A stretch of DNA of 64,000 nt from Eledone cirrhosa (lineage: Eukaryota): contig OZ024740.1 of the NCBI GenBank assembly GCA_964016885.1, forward strand, positions 219,480,001 to 219,544,000. The letters are read 5' to 3'. A program made the position numbers and the translations under genes. Every line of letters starts with the position of its first letter. Positions within the stretch are counted from its first letter, which is position 1. This document shows positions 14,669 to 28,736 of the stretch, one piece after another. The notes beneath the pieces are model-generated. The model did not search any database and had not been told where the DNA came from. It saw nothing but the letters and a program-made list of their open reading frames with translations.

Positions 14669-15200
14669 GTATTTATGTATGTATGTATGTATGTATGTAT
14701 GTGAATATTATACTATTTCAAAACTAAATTATCGGATCATTGAGCTGATTGAAATTATTAGAAAATGTAGAAAATATTGAGAGTCATTTAGCTCAATGGT
14801 ACAGAGCACTCAGCCGGAATTTGGGAGGTATGAAGCTTGATTGTTTGTAGCAACTGCTGGCCACTTCTTTCCATCTATAGGGGATTTTACCCGATTTTCT
14901 ACTCTATTATTTATAGCAATTGACTGTGTTTTCTACCATTGAGATTTCTACATTTTATAAGAATATATATCTATATTATATTATTTGTTATGTTCATACA
15001 TGGAACAAAAGCACTACCCAAGGTCCAAATTTGACCATTACATATATATATTTGACCATTACCATTATATATACTGTTATATTTGGGGAGGGTTATATTG
15101 TTATAATATTATAATATGACCCTCCCCAAATATAACAATATTTGTTTCAACACATGATTTCATATCAAAATCTTGCAAAACAAATTCATTGCCGTATATA

Positions 15201-15266
<66 letters not shown>

Positions 15267-16009
15267 TATGTATACCGACCATTATAATAAATGTTCGGTG
15301 AATCCATACGTACATATATATATGTGTGCATGTATGTATATATATATACATACTACTGTACATCTGTATACATATATGTATGTATGTGTACATACTTATA
15401 TTTAAGTAACAGCCGTACTAAGAGTGAGAAATGAAATTTCGTTTCATTTCTTCCGTTTATATATATATACCCTAAGTATTGAGTACTTTGGTGCGTTATG
15501 GTCCACCTGGTTCCTTACCACATTTCCTTCGTTATATATATGTATATATATATATGTTATCTTAAATAGCAACTACACAGCCATTTCTATTCTCCATATA
15601 TTTCATCATGTTTTCGCTTTGACCCTTCTCCTCTCCCCTTCTACCTACCTATTTCGCTACTTTCTACTCTCACCCCTCTTTCTTCCCCTCCCTTTCTCCC
15701 TATCTACTCTTACCCCACTTTCTTCCTCTCCCTTTCTCCCTCTCACTTTCATCCCCTCACCTGACCGTTTAGCAGTTCTCTTCTCACTTACAACTGCAGC
15801 GATCAGACGTGTGTCTTTCTCCTTCCTCTCGACCACTCAGTCTTCAACTTAAGTTCTCTTATCGAGTGGTCTTAGATTTCCTACCTATAGTTGCTCGCAT
15901 ATTGCTCGGTTTGTTGTTTTTTTTCACTGTTTAGTTACTGTTATCTCTTTTCTTCCCATTTATTCCCACTGCATTTTAAGTTACCTTAAATAGCAACTAC
16001 ACAGCCATT

Positions 16010-16150
16010 ATAGAAATGGCTTCAACAGGACTAAAACTGTTTCATTCGGGAGAAATCATCAGGATGTTTTCTCCCAAATGAAACAGTTCTAGTCCTGTAG
16101 AAGCCATTTCTCTATTAAATATTTATACTCTGCTATGTATTGATTACCTT
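16010..16150. mobile_element. PLE-derived fold-back element with HHR core (minus arm ~16020-16064); relatives at ~26860-27005 and ~55230-55285
   Basis: ~45-bp inverted arms. Minus strand reads CUGAUGA-UUUCUCCCGAAU-GAAA-CAG..CUG-UU-GAAG. The 3' flank is shared with the 26920-27005 copy. Confidence 0.7.
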
Positions 16151-16312
16151 ACAGATGAGTATTGACGTACATGTACGTCAATACTCATCTTTTTTCCATT
16201 TATCTGAGGGTTCTAAACCCCATTATCAGACTAAAATTTCTTTAGTCAAAAAATACATTGAAAGCTATTCTATTTTCTAATTTCAAACCTGCTCACTGTT
16301 TCAAAACATATT

Positions 16313-16363
<51 letters not shown>

Positions 16364-18099
16364 ATTTATTGGGTGTGTGTGTGTTGGACCTCCATGAGTC
16401 TCTTGTCTATGCAATCAACAGAATAGCCTGCTTGTGAAATTAATGTGCTGAACATTCCACAGACACATGTACCCTGGATGAATAGAACCAGTACATACAA
16501 AGATGAACAGCTCTATGTATAATTCATTATCATTATCAGGGGGTAGTTTAAGGGATATTTTACTACTATTTCTAGCAGGCTGAGTAACCACATAGAAGCT
16601 CCCTTTCTCTTATCTCTTCATGGTTCATTAACTTGCTTCATTAATTGCTTTATATAGAATTACTTTTTATAGAAACACATCAACTCTTGTCTGTTGAAAT
16701 TAGAGTGATTAGATTTGATTTTTGGTTACAGACTGGCTTTTTGTTTTCTTGATTGAACTTCAATTAATTGAAGAATAAAGAAATGTAGATCAAATTTAGC
16801 ACTAAAATACCAATAAGATTAGATTGGATATAAAATAAAGCAAAGGATACATTAGTTATTCCACAGACGTATTAAAAATAAATGAGAAAGAAAATGGCCA
16901 ACTTGCATCTTCTTTAATCAGATTCTAGTTTCACATTTGTATTGTTTCTCATTGAGAATCTTTGTGAAAACGTGGCAAGATGGCAAAGTGCCAGTCTTGA
17001 GGAGTTTCCTTCCTTCCTTCTGATAAACAACACTGATTGATACATAAAGGTGCAAAGAGATTCTGTCATTGCGACTGTCAGGATGCAAAAACGTGCAAGA
17101 ACTGTTCACCCTTTCAGTTGTCTAATCCACAAGAATGGGTCTTGTCATTTTGGTTCTTTACTATAGTTTGTCTCATCAAAGGAAATATAGAAATAAATAT
17201 TGATTTCTTTGGACTTGACAATAGGCCAATGTCTTAAAGTATTGGTATATATTTGTTGGTGGAACTATTCTGATTATATTACCATACTTTACAAAAATTT
17301 GTGCCTACAATTATGTCTATGTCTTGTGCTTTTATACAGTATCACATTGCATCTGTATTTTTATTTTGTTAATATTTTTCTTTATTTGTATTTATTGTGC
17401 TGTATATGACTGTGTTAGTTATTTCCATCAATGTTTACACACGGTTCTCTTTCTTATCTTTGTTGTTTGGTTTTCTTGCTTATTCATTCATGTTTGCTTT
17501 TGTTGCAAAAGAAAAATCTATTTTTCTTCTTTTGTACGTATGCATATGTATGATGTATGTATATATTTATGTATGTATGTACGTATGTTTGTATGTATGT
17601 ATATATGTATGTATATGTGTGTATATGTATATGTATGTAGCGTGGAAGATGGATGTTAAACGATGATGATGATGATGTATATATATATATATATCAAGCA
17701 TTAAACTAATATATTTTTTCTTTGTACTGTGTCGTTTGGTCTGTTATTTCTATTTACTGTTTGCATATATATATGTGTGTGTGTGTGTATTTATGTATAT
17801 ATATATATATATATATGTTTGTGTGTGTGTCTATATATATATATATATACATGTGTGTGTGTTTACAATTTGATTCATAAAAATAAATAAGCTTGTTATC
17901 AGGGAATGTTTATTATATAAGGATTAAAGAAATCAATTATCAACTTTGATGTTAGTTATAGAACACACCATTTCATGACTTAAATTTTCTAACTCAATTT
18001 TTATCTTAAAAGACCAACTTATCAGTATTGTTACCTGTTAACAGAGAATAGGTTATTGTTATATCAACCAGACCACATTAGCACTGACACAAACTTCCT

Positions 18100-18214
18100 C
18101 TACCACTTCATCATCATCATCATCATCTTTGCAACCAATGTTATTATTGTTTTCATCACCACCACCACTATCATCATCCACATCATCATCCACATCGTCA
18201 TCATCATCATCATC

Positions 18215-18258
<44 letters not shown>

Positions 18259-18620
18259 TTCTTCTTCTTCTTCTTCTTCTTCTTCCCCACCACCACCAAT
18301 GTCATTATCATTTTCTACATCATCACGACCACCACTATCATTTTCATCATCATCCACATCGTCAACATCATCATCATCATCATCATCATCTTTCTTTCTT
18401 TTTTCTTTCTTTCTTTCTTCTTCTTCTTCTTCTTCTTCTTCTTCTTCTTCTTCTTCTTCTTCTTCTTCTTCTTCTTCTTCTTCTTCTTCTTCTTCTTCTT
18501 CTTCACCACCACCACCACCACCACCACCACCACCACCACCACCAAGGTCATTATTATTTTCTACATCACCACCACCACCACCACTGCCGCAACTATCATT
18601 TTCATCATCATCATCATCAG
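18100..18620. repeat. Compound (CAT)n/(TTTC)n/(CTT)n/(CAC)n microsatellite; similar (CAT)n-rich tract at 19085-19350
   Basis: Seen directly. Confidence 0.95.
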
Positions 18621-21226
18621 TTGACTCTGATGTTGTCAACATTGGTTAAAAAAAAAAAGAAGTAAAAAATGATATTTTGGAGAAATATATATTGATAAAA
18701 GTGTGACTACTGATTTAAAACCGTTAATAACTATTGAATATTATATTAATTTATTTTCCATTCAATATATTTTATTGGTTTTTGTCAATCATATCATTAA
18801 GGATCACATGCTGAGTGCCAATTTCACAGTTGTTAATTTTAGATTTGATATAGTAGACAGTCATTTTTTTCCACATGTCCATTGTGAAAATGTATTTGCT
18901 AATATAGTTACACAATAGTGGAAGTGAACTTAATTTTCAAGATAGAAATCGAATACAATGTTTTACTAATTAGAGGCAGTTGATTCAATGTTTTAGTTTT
19001 AAAATGTAAATCTTTAAAAAATTGGCACCTGTAGCATATTTCTATGGATTTATTAACGATAAAAACCTGACATTAATTTTTAAAGCCGCCATCATCAGCC
19101 TTATCTTCATCCACTTCATCATTTTCTTGAAAATAATCATTACCACCACCATCATTGCCACCACCATCATTGCCACCACCATCATCATCATCATCATCAT
19201 CATCTTCATCATCATCGTTGTTATCAGTATCATCACCATCACCTTCATCATCCTCATCATCGTCCTCATCATCACCCTCATCATCATCACCCTCATCATC
19301 ATCACCGTCATCATCATCACCTTCATCATCATCACCGTCATCATCATTTTCATCTGTTAAATGTCAATGTTAACATTCTGTCATGGTGTTGATTGTCAGG
19401 AAGAAAAAAAAAAAACTTTTTTCAATCTCCTTGTTGTACCAGAACATAATTGTTTCCTTTGTGCAAGGCATAGGTCCAATATCTTTAAGAGTGATATCTA
19501 TTGATTCCTAAAATATTATGGGAACTTACTTTATTGACAGTTTATGCCTCTGTTCCAAATATAACAAAGATTTGATCCCAATATAATTTGAACATACTAC
19601 TGACTGCTTACTGATAGGTTTCTTGTTGAACTCATGGGATCCTAGGCCTGCAAACCACCTCCTTATTTAGTTTGATCAGGGTGGGGATGGCTATCTACAA
19701 GAATGAGCACTACAAGGATTCTGGCTCTTTCAGTTCATCTCCCCTCTGTCCACTAGGGTCACACATTCACCATTTTTGCCTGTCAGGGCCACAAAAAATG
19801 TATGTGATTTTCTTTGTTTATTATATTCACAAAATATGTTTTATTTGAACACATCAGTGAAGAACTAAATTAAACAGCAACAAGTCTAGTATGGTACTCA
19901 ATATTCTATGTGACTTCCTCGTAGCCTAAATACTAAGAAGTCATTAAAATTTTGAACCTTTTCTTACCATATTTCTAATGAAAAGACACCACACCACCTA
20001 TGATTTTCAAATATCTTTGAAAATTATCAAGAATGTTGTGGTATTTACTAATATCACTAATTTTCTCATTATTAAGATGGTGCAGTGTGGTGGATTGGCA
20101 GTATTGGTAGTGTGTCAGACAACATGTTTTGACACATATAGTTACGGCCCTTTATGTTCTGAGTTCAAATACCATCAAGGTTAGTTTTGCTTTTCATCCT
20201 TATGAGGTTGGTAAAATAAAGCACCAGTAATGCAATGGGGTTGATTTAATCAACTCCCCACAAAAGATTGTTGGCCTTGTGCCTAAATCAGAAACCATTA
20301 TTAAGATGGTGCTTGTAACATAAAGATTCTTACAAATTATCATGGAAGATTTTTAGATAAATATAGACACTTTAAAACAAACAATTTTGTATCTCAAGAT
20401 CAAGGGCGCTTTCAGGTGAGTTAGTATCAAGACAGTTAATGTTATTGAAATGTTCTATTCTTGTATGTCACAATAAGTTTACTTTGGTAAAACTAAATTG
20501 TTACCAAGCTTCATAGCTCTTGTTTCTATTTGAGGAAACAAAGTTGACTTTCAGAAGAAATTCTGGAAAAAGTGCCTGGAAATTTAAATGACTTTGTTGT
20601 GTGATCTTGAATAACAATATAAACCATTTATATTTATGTGTTAAATTAGTAGACATAGAAATTGAATGGTCTAGGAATGAGCTTTTGTGTAATAAAATTT
20701 CATTGTGTTCAATTAGTCAATGAAATGTAAATAACAATTTTAGTGGAGACTTGATTGTGTTCTGATAACTGGTGATAGATTTTGAAAAGTAACATTTACC
20801 TGGATGGGCTTTTGATGTTTATAGCAGTGAGGTATACTATCTTTATGGCTTAACTGCTAGATGGACTGGGTCATTAAGTTTTAAGTGATTGGATCATAGT
20901 CTCAATGTAATATCATTTAAAATGATATAAACAGCTAACTCACCTATAAATAATCTACTATTTTATCAACCAACAACCAGCTGTAATTTCTAATTATTAT
21001 ATCCCGCCAAGGTTAACTTTGTCTTTCGTCCTTACGGGGTCGATAAAATAAAGTACCAGTAATACACTGGGTAGTTGCTGGCCTTGTGCCAAAAAGTAGA
21101 AACAATTATATATATATATATAAATGTAATCTGAGTATTAATAGTAGTATTCAATTCATTTGCAATTATAGCCATGTCAATAGAATGGCCCCTCATTCTT
21201 GCTCTTGTGTTGGCATGCAAACTGAA

Positions 21227-21271
21227 CTGCAGATACTAATGTTTCTGTGTGATTACCCTTCATCAGTACAA
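21227..21271 (-). ncRNA. Type I hammerhead motif inside a PLE-derived repeat (~21150-21480)
   Basis: Minus strand: UUGUA-CUGAUGA-AGGGUAAUCACACA-GAAA-CAUUAGUA-UC-UGCAG. The sister copy near 23800-23840 has a perfect GGGU/ACCC stem II but a CUAAUGA core. Confidence 0.7.
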
Positions 21272-21564
21272 TATACTGCTTACCTGCCAACTGTCAAAGC
21301 TAGTGAAAATATATGATATTTTCTAAAATATACAGTGACTGATCTGCCTGATTTGCACATTAGCAGACTGCCTAATCAGTTTAGATATGCATATTAGCAG
21401 ACGCGCTAATCAACCAGATTTGCATATCAACAGATAGGCCAGTCAGTCTCATGTATACGAGCAATTAATGGCCGGCTTTGCCATATTCAAATAACTAACA
21501 AATACATTATCGCTCTACATGGCTGAATACAATAAATTTATATATGTATATATATATATATATA

Positions 21565-21899
21565 AAGGCACATGGCTTAGTGGTTAGAGCATTGGCCTTG
21601 CAAACGAAAGTTTGTGAGTTCAATTCTCAGACTGGGTGATGTGTTGTTTCCTTGAGCAAGACACTTTATTTCACATTGCTCCAGTTTACTCAGCTGTAGA
21701 AATGAGATGATAGGGACTGGGGTCCTTATCATTCCACTGAAAAGTGGACGTGTAGGCGCCACGGCAAAAAAGCACTCAGCACTCGCTGTAAATGAGGTTG
21801 GTGTTAGGAAGGGCATCCAGCTGTAGAAATCAAGCCAGAATCAGTTCCCGTCCCACCCTTGCAAGCAGGGAAGGGCGGACATAAAATGATGATGATGAT
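21565..21899 (+). mobile_element. tRNA-derived SINE with RTE-derived 3' tail (family A). Other copies: 27330-27662(-), 40957-41288(+), 48030-48377(-), 61572-61874(+, truncated); partial or related at 8200-8410(-), 36524-36640(+), 49300-49622(-)
   Basis: Box A TGGCTTAGTGG, box B GAGTTCAATTC, core CCTTGAGCAAGACACTTT. The 3' part GGTTGGTGTTAGGAAGGGCATCCAGCTGTAGAAA and the (GAT)n tail are shared with the RTE 3' UTRs in this window. Confidence 0.9.
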
Positions 21900-21911
21900 A
21901 TAAAAATAATA

Positions 21912-22135
21912 TTTAAAGTTTCATCCACTTAAGCATGTATGCATGTCCTTAGGTTTTGGAGTCCAGTTATGGCCTCCCCTGTATAGTGGAGGAGCCACTT
22001 CAACACTGGCTTCTCATTGGCTAGCATCCAATAAGAGGCCAGTGTTGAAACAGCTCATCCACTATACAGTGGTGGCCATAACTGGACCCCAAAACTCAAG
22101 GTCGTGCATACATGTTCAATGTATGAAACCTTAGA
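21912..22135. mobile_element. Fold-back (palindromic) MITE-like element
   Basis: Imperfect ~110-bp inverted arms centred near 22023 (ccagttatggcc..ctgtatagtgga..ttcaacactggc / gccagtgttgaa..tccactatacag..ggccataactgg). Confidence 0.75.
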
Positions 22136-22206
22136 TATTCTAAATAAGCTCTCTTGCAATAGATTGGGCACTGTTTTCCTTGATCTTTTATCTACAGATA
22201 TCTTGC

Positions 22207-22252
<46 letters not shown>

Positions 22253-22994
22253 GGCTGTGTGGCTAAGAAGTTTTCTTTGCAACAATGTGATTATAAGTTC
22301 AGTCCTACAATGTGGCATCTTGTAGAAGTATTTTCTAATACACCCTCATGTTGTTCAAAATTTTCTGAGTGAATTTTGGCTGTATGGAAGATTGTTATAT
22401 ACGTGTGTGTGTGCATCTGTGTGTGTGTGCATCTGTGTGTGTGTGTATGTGAGTGTGTGCATGTCATTGTGTACATTTATTGTTTGTTTATATCCTGTAA
22501 CTTAGCAGTTTGACAAGAAGAGATTGATAATCAAGCATCAAAGTTGAAAAAAAAACTAAGCGCTGTGGTCAATATGACCAAATAAATCCCTTGAAAGTTG
22601 TGCCCTGGCATGTCTACAGTCTAATGACTGAAACCAGTAAAAGAATGAAGGAATAAGAATATTATCATCATCATTTTTATGTCCTCTTTCCGCACTGGCA
22701 TGGGTTGGATAGGTTGTCACAGTCTGTGGTCTGAATAGAGCTGCCAATTTCACTCATTTCTTTCTATATTTGGCATGATTTTTTGTGACACCAACCACAT
22801 ATTCTGGTATGGTTGGTTGGTGCATTTTATCATGGTACTGACACTAACACTTTAAAAGGTGTACTGGATGCATTTTATTGTGCCACCAGCCCAACAAAGG
22901 CTGCCACATGTTAGGCTAGACTGAACAGTCCCCCCCCCCCATCCCAATATTGGCTACATGTGATTTTGATTACTAAACTGCTAATATATATGTG

Positions 22995-23033
<39 letters not shown>

Positions 23034-23231
23034 TAGTGTGGAAGATGGACGTTAAACGATGATGATGATGATGATATATATATTAAAATAACAGATTAAA
23101 GCTTAAGCAAAGAATTGCTGCTTTCACCCTTAATGGGATCTTCTGAAACTATATAAGTAACAAATAGTTTATCGCTCTACATGCCAGAATACAAGAAATG
23201 GGAATCTGAGTTTTTTTAATATTAATAATAA

Positions 23232-23703
23232 CTAGCAGAAAAACCACCCTTCGGGTGGTTTTCTGCCAACATGTGTAGTGTGTATATTGATATTATACGC
23301 AGGTATATATACATGTACATATGATGCATCAAATAAAATCGAATTAACAATATACACAGAAATTGAACGAAGACTGTGTTACACTATGTAATCAGTAATG
23401 TAATCCATGATACATTAAAAAAAGACAATATTATATATAAACTGCATTAGGAGAAAATTAATGAGAGAAATATAGGAATGTTTATTTAAGTGATCGCTAA
23501 CAGGTAGTGTTGACATTTGAAAATGTTAAAGAACTGAATCTTTAAATAAACAATAAAATATATTTAATAAACAGCTACGAAATTTAGTAGACAAATTATG
23601 TAATATTCATTCATTATTTATTCAAAGTAATCCAACTTATTTTACTATTTAAAAGAAATAAACCATACAGAGTCCCACACTCCTTACTTTATTATAGTTT
23701 AGA
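23232..23703 (-). mobile_element. Non-autonomous Helitron
   Basis: Minus strand A|TCTAAACTATAATAAAG 5' end, hairpin AAAACCACCC-GAA-GGGTGGTTTT, then CTAG|T at 23232; inserted at an AT site. Confidence 0.8.
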
Positions 23704-23705
23704 TA

Positions 23706-24050
23706 TTCGATTCATTTGCAATTATGCAAACAGTATCTTAAGCCATGTGAGTAGAACAGCCTTGTCATTCTTACTCTTGTGTTGGCATATAAACAGAATG
23801 GCACTAATGTTTCTGGGTGATTACCCTTCATTAGTACTATATACTGTTTACCAGCCAACTGTCAGAGCTAGTGAAAATATATGATATTTTCTGGAATATA
23901 TAGTGACAGGTCGGCCTGATTTGCATATTAGCAGACTGCCTTACCATTAGTGTCTGCCATTCTGTTTATATGCCAACACAAGAGCAAGAATGACAAGGCT
24001 GTTCTACTCACACGGCTTAAGAGGCTGTTTGCAGAATTGCAAACGAATAG
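23706..24050. mobile_element. PLE-derived fold-back element (same family as 21150-21480) with ~100-bp inverted arms
   Basis: 23708-23808 is the reverse complement of ~23946-24050; carries a degenerate HHR. Confidence 0.75.
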
Positions 24051-24071
24051 ACTATTATTATTAATAATCAC

Positions 24072-24262
24072 AAGGCGGTGGATTGGCAGTATCGGTAGAG
24101 GGTCGGACGCCATGCTTTGTAGCATAGTTACGTCCCTTTACGATCTGAGTTCAAATCCCGCCGAGGTTGACTTTGCCTTTCAACCTTACGGGGTCGATAA
24201 AATAAAGTACCAGTAATGTACTGGGTAATTGCTGGCCTTGTGCCTAAAGTAGAAACAATTAT
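24072..24262 (+). mobile_element. Short SINE family B (~190 bp). Other copies approx. 826-920, 20085-20300, 21002-21108, 29300-29470(-), 30025-30210, 32200-32392(-), 45478-45698, 45885-46065(-), 54010-54180(-), 62903-63090, 63818-63990
   Basis: GGCGGTGGATTGGCAGTATCGGTAGAG head, GAGTTCAAATCCC box B and conserved GGGGTCGATAAAATAAAGTACCAG. Target-site duplications visible (ATTAATAATCACAA here; CTCATAAATATAATAAT at 45870/46066). Confidence 0.9.
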
Positions 24263-24317
24263 TAATAATCACAAAACTCAAATTTACATTATATATATAT
24301 ATACATATATAAATATA

Positions 24318-24495
24318 ACAAAGAGGGTGTGGTAAGATACCAGGTGGACCATAACACACCAGAGTACTCAATACTTAGGGTAAGAGTGTGGGTAATAGGA
24401 AAAGAGTCAGGACCCCGACGGCTGAGATCCGGCTTAGTTCAGATCTAGCTGTCGAAACGGCCGGAGCTCAGCCGTTAGGGTCCTGACTCTTTTCA
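24318..24495 (-). mobile_element. Short Neptune-PLE terminal fragment (related subfamily) with 5' inversion
   Basis: Homologous to 56311-56430; hairpin AAAAGAGTCAGGACCC...GGGTCCTGACTCTTTT; TA-rich flanks. Confidence 0.75.
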
Positions 24496-24514
24496 TATAT
24501 ATATATGTATGTGT

Positions 24515-24555
<41 letters not shown>

Positions 24556-24670
24556 ATGAATAAGATCTTAAAACAAATGCATGCTACCTAAGGTTTCAAA
24601 CTTCAACCAGCATGCAACATAGACATTCTGTCTGCAAGCTTAGTTTTATTCAGTCATGTATATGTGTGTG

Positions 24671-24799
<129 letters not shown>

Positions 24800-24938
24800 A
24801 CATGTGTTTGTTTAATGTAAGTTAAGCATATATCTTTATTTATATCTATAAATGTATGTGTATGTGTGTACACATACAGACATACACACATACACACACA
24901 CACATATATGTGTGTGTGCACATGTGTGTATGTGTGTT

Positions 24939-24985
<47 letters not shown>

Positions 24986-25141
24986 TGAGAGACAGAAAGA
25001 GAGAGGGAAGAGAGAGAGAGACGATGATGATGATATATATATAAGATCAAATACATGTATTGGGATGTGATAATGCATGGAGTGTTTTGTCTATTGATAT
25101 ATTTCAGCAATAACATTGCTTTCTTTTCTTTATCTTATTAG

Positions 25142-25315
25142 GGTAATTTTCGTCTATTGAAATTACTGTTATCACGAAATGCAAACTGCCGAGAGAAAGA
25201 CAATGAAGGTCAAACTGCAATGCATTTGTGTACCAGGCATAAATCTTTAAAGAGTCTGACACTTCTGCTAAAACAATTGACACCCGGGGAAATAGATGAT
25301 CAGGATAAATACAAG
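25142..25315 (+). CDS. INVS: Inversin internal coding exon (174 nt, phase 0-0)
   Basis: Pyrimidine tract plus ttattAG at 25140-41, AAG|GTAAAT donor. Encodes GNFRLLKLLLSRNANCREKDNEGQTAMHLCTRHKSLKSLTLLLKQLTPGEIDDQDKYK, the direct continuation of inversin (GNYRFMKLLLTRRANW...PGEVDTQDKNK). Confidence 0.93.
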
Positions 25316-25337
25316 GTAAATAAAGTATTGAAAACTT

Positions 25338-25461
<124 letters not shown>

Positions 25462-25520
25462 CTTTATATCAGTTATAAAAATATTTACTTGTTGTATCCC
25501 AACAATTTTAAATAGAACTT

Positions 25521-25563
<43 letters not shown>

Positions 25564-25655
25564 ATATGAATATATATGTGTGTATGTGTGTGTGCGCGCA
25601 TGTGCGTGTGTGTAAAATTGCCTCCTGTGTTTTGATGTTTCAATTATTAACTATA

Positions 25656-25689
<34 letters not shown>

Positions 25690-25754
25690 GTTAATAATTA
25701 TTAACTATATATATATATATATATATGTGAATATATATATATATATATATGTGA

Positions 25755-25819
<65 letters not shown>

Positions 25820-26262
25820 TTATATATTTATATGTCTATGTCTATGTATGTATGTATATATATGTATGTATATGTCTATGTCTATGTATGTATGTATATA
25901 TATGTATGTATATGTCTATGTATGTATTTATATATATATTATGTATGTATGTATATATGTCTATGTATGTATTTATATATATATATATGTATGTATATAT
26001 GTCTATGTATGTATTTATTTATATATATATATGTATGTATATATGTCTATGTATGTATTTATATATATTTATATATATATGTATATGTCTATGTATGTAT
26101 TTATATATATATATATATATATGTATGTATATATGTCTATGTATGTATTTATATATATATATATATGTATGTCTATGTATGTATTTATATATATATGTAT
26201 GTATGTATATATGTCTATGTATGTATTTATATATATATATGTATATATGTATTTATAATATG

Positions 26263-26326
<64 letters not shown>

Positions 26327-26454
26327 ATATATATTCCATTTATTTAACATCAATTGAATACTTACTCCAGAAATCTGTCGAGTTTTTTGAATCAGTTGTA
26401 AACATCTATATTTGTTGGATTTCCAACAAATTAAATATCTCTTATATATATATA

Positions 26455-26600
26455 GGAACAAGTCCAGAATTAGCCGTCGAAACGGCTTGAGCTCTGCCAT
26501 CGGGGTCTTACTTGTTCCTATTACCCACTCTACTACCCTAAGTATTGAGTACTTTGGTGCGTTATGGTCCACCTGGTTCCTTACCACATTTCCTTCGTTA
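26455..26600 (+). mobile_element. Neptune-PLE 3' terminal fragment; shorter copy at ~15468-15533
   Basis: Near-identical to the reverse complement of 56311-56452; ends CATTTCCTTCGTT then (AT)n. Confidence 0.85.
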
Positions 26601-26766
26601 TATATATATATATATAAGGTTAATGCCTTCTTGACCACTTTTTCAGTTTGTTTGGCATTTTAACATATTGTTTAGCTCTAGTTTTTTAACTATTGGAGCG
26701 CTTGCCAGCATATCTACGATTTTGCGTTTTGTTTCGCTTTTTCTACCCGCCGAAATACGATTCTGA

Positions 26767-26807
<41 letters not shown>

Positions 26808-27039
26808 AATATATAGACATATACATACACACACACATATATATATATACACATATTTTATATAGAAATTACTTCTACAGGACAAGAACTCCTTCATTCA
26901 AAGGAAATCTAAGCCCAGATGATTTCTTTTGAATGAAATAGTTCTAATCCTGTAGAAGCCATTTCTATATTAAACATTTATACTCTGCTATGTATTGAGT
27001 GCCTTTTACCCCCGATTGAACCCGGGACACAGACACATA

Positions 27040-28136
27040 TCTATATATCTAAAACAGAGAATGTCTGTCTGTCTGTCTGTCTGTCTCCCTAAAACTTTAC
27101 ACATGTAATACTTATGGCCCTGTGAGTGTTTTGAGCAAAAAATATTTCAAATTTTGAATGCCCTAGGGACCGCGTTAGGTGCCGGTTTGTGATCTCTCTG
27201 TCTTTCTTAGTCTGTCTTTTGAGATAGATACATAGCTATAATGTCGCACCCTTATAATATCTGTCTGTATGTCTGGCTGTCTGCATTACGACATTATGAC
27301 ACTATCTGTGTGTGTGTATATATATCATATATCATCATCATTTTACGTCCACTTTTCCCTGCTTGCAAGGGTGGGACGGGAACTGATTCTGGCTTGATTT
27401 CTACAGCTGGATACATAGCTAACACCAACCTCATTTACAGTGAGTGCTGGGTGCTTTTTTGCCGTGGCACCTCCACGACCACTTTGCAGTGGAATGATAG
27501 GGACCCCAGTCCTATCATCTCATTTCTACAGCTGAGTAAACTGGAGCAATGTGAAATAAAGTGTCTTGCTCAAGGAAACAACACATCACCCGATCTGAGA
27601 ATTGAACTCACAAACTTTCGATTGCAAGGTCAATGCTCTAACCACTAAGCCATGTGCCTCCATGAGATAGATATAGGTATATATATGTATATATATATAG
27701 TGTGTAACGGTTTTTTCGAAATATTTACTTCTTCGTTCATAGATTGATTTTTTTAGTTTCAGAAAATCCTGTTAAGGGTGAAAGCAGCGATTCTTCGCTT
27801 AAACTTTAATCTGTTATTTTAATATATATATATATATATATATATAATTATATATTTGTGTACAGATATTTTTGCATACACAATAACAAAATATAAAAAA
27901 ACGTGTTTATTTCATGAGGCTCGACAGCAGCAAAAACAACAAAAAAGAGAGGGAACACAATTACATACTTTTGAAAAATCTTAATGGAAAATTATTTCCC
28001 TATTCACCCAAGGCAACTTCACTTTTTATTAGGACTGCATCAATTGGTGAACATACGACGAAAATGTTTCAGAAAGGAGGGATAAACATGCCGATCTATG
28101 TTTAGAATCCCGAGCAACGCTGGGCCATTCTGCTAG
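27040..28136 (+). mobile_element. Non-autonomous Helitron with nested SINE (27330-27662)
   Basis: A|TCTATATATCTAAAACAGAG 5' end followed by (CTGT)n; 3' CCCGAGCAACGCTGGG hairpin and CTAG|T. Confidence 0.85.
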
Positions 28137-28691
28137 TATATATATATATATATTTTCAACATCACTGTTAAATGTCCATTTTTCCATACTAGCATATAGG
28201 TTAGACAAGTTGTGAGACAAACCAGATCAGATGACTGAGTCTGGCTCATACAGAACTATGTGTGACTTAGTTTCTATATTATCATATGTATAGCCATGAT
28301 TGGGTGGTTAAGAAGTTTGCTTTGTAGCCATTTGGACTGGGTTCGATCCCACTGCATGGCACTTTGCACAAGTGTCCATATCATATATATGTGTGTGTGT
28401 GTCTGTGTGTGCATGTATGTGTGTGTGTGTCTGTGTGTGTATGTGTGTGTGTGTGTCTGTGTCCATATCTATATGAATATGCTGTGTCTCTGTATCCATT
28501 GCTGTTAATGAATTTTATCTCCACAAAAACTATTAAGTTTTATAATCCCCTATGTTTGTATTATCCAAGTATATAATAGTGGTGTCTATGAAGGCATATA
28601 TGATATTTTTATGTATAATAAACATACAAGTGTCTTGCTTTGAATATTTTAAGCTGTGTTCATGTCACAGCTATCTTGGTAGTCAATGAGA

Positions 28692-28736
28692 ATATCAGAT
28701 ATATGTTTCTGGTTGTTTATCCTTCATCAGTGACAT
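28692..28736 (-). ncRNA. Type I hammerhead motif in a tandem ~350-370 bp repeat (28575-29110)
   Basis: Minus strand: AUGUCA-CUGAUGA-AGGAUAAACAACCA-GAAA-CAUAUA-UC-UGAUAU. A degenerate second copy lies at ~29058-29104. Confidence 0.78.

Noticed and set aside
18056-19373. Long ORFs rich in poly-S/E/L/H/M/I
   Set aside because: Open on both strands and in several frames because of trinucleotide microsatellites; no splice or homology support.
21565-21640. tRNA gene
   Set aside because: A and B boxes are present but there is no complete cloverleaf; it continues into a SINE body repeated many times.
25727-26490. YI/CV/HT-repeat ORFs here and at 24612-25116, 33391-34001, 37022-37831, 40406-40966
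   Set aside because: Translations of (TA)n/(TG)n tracts.
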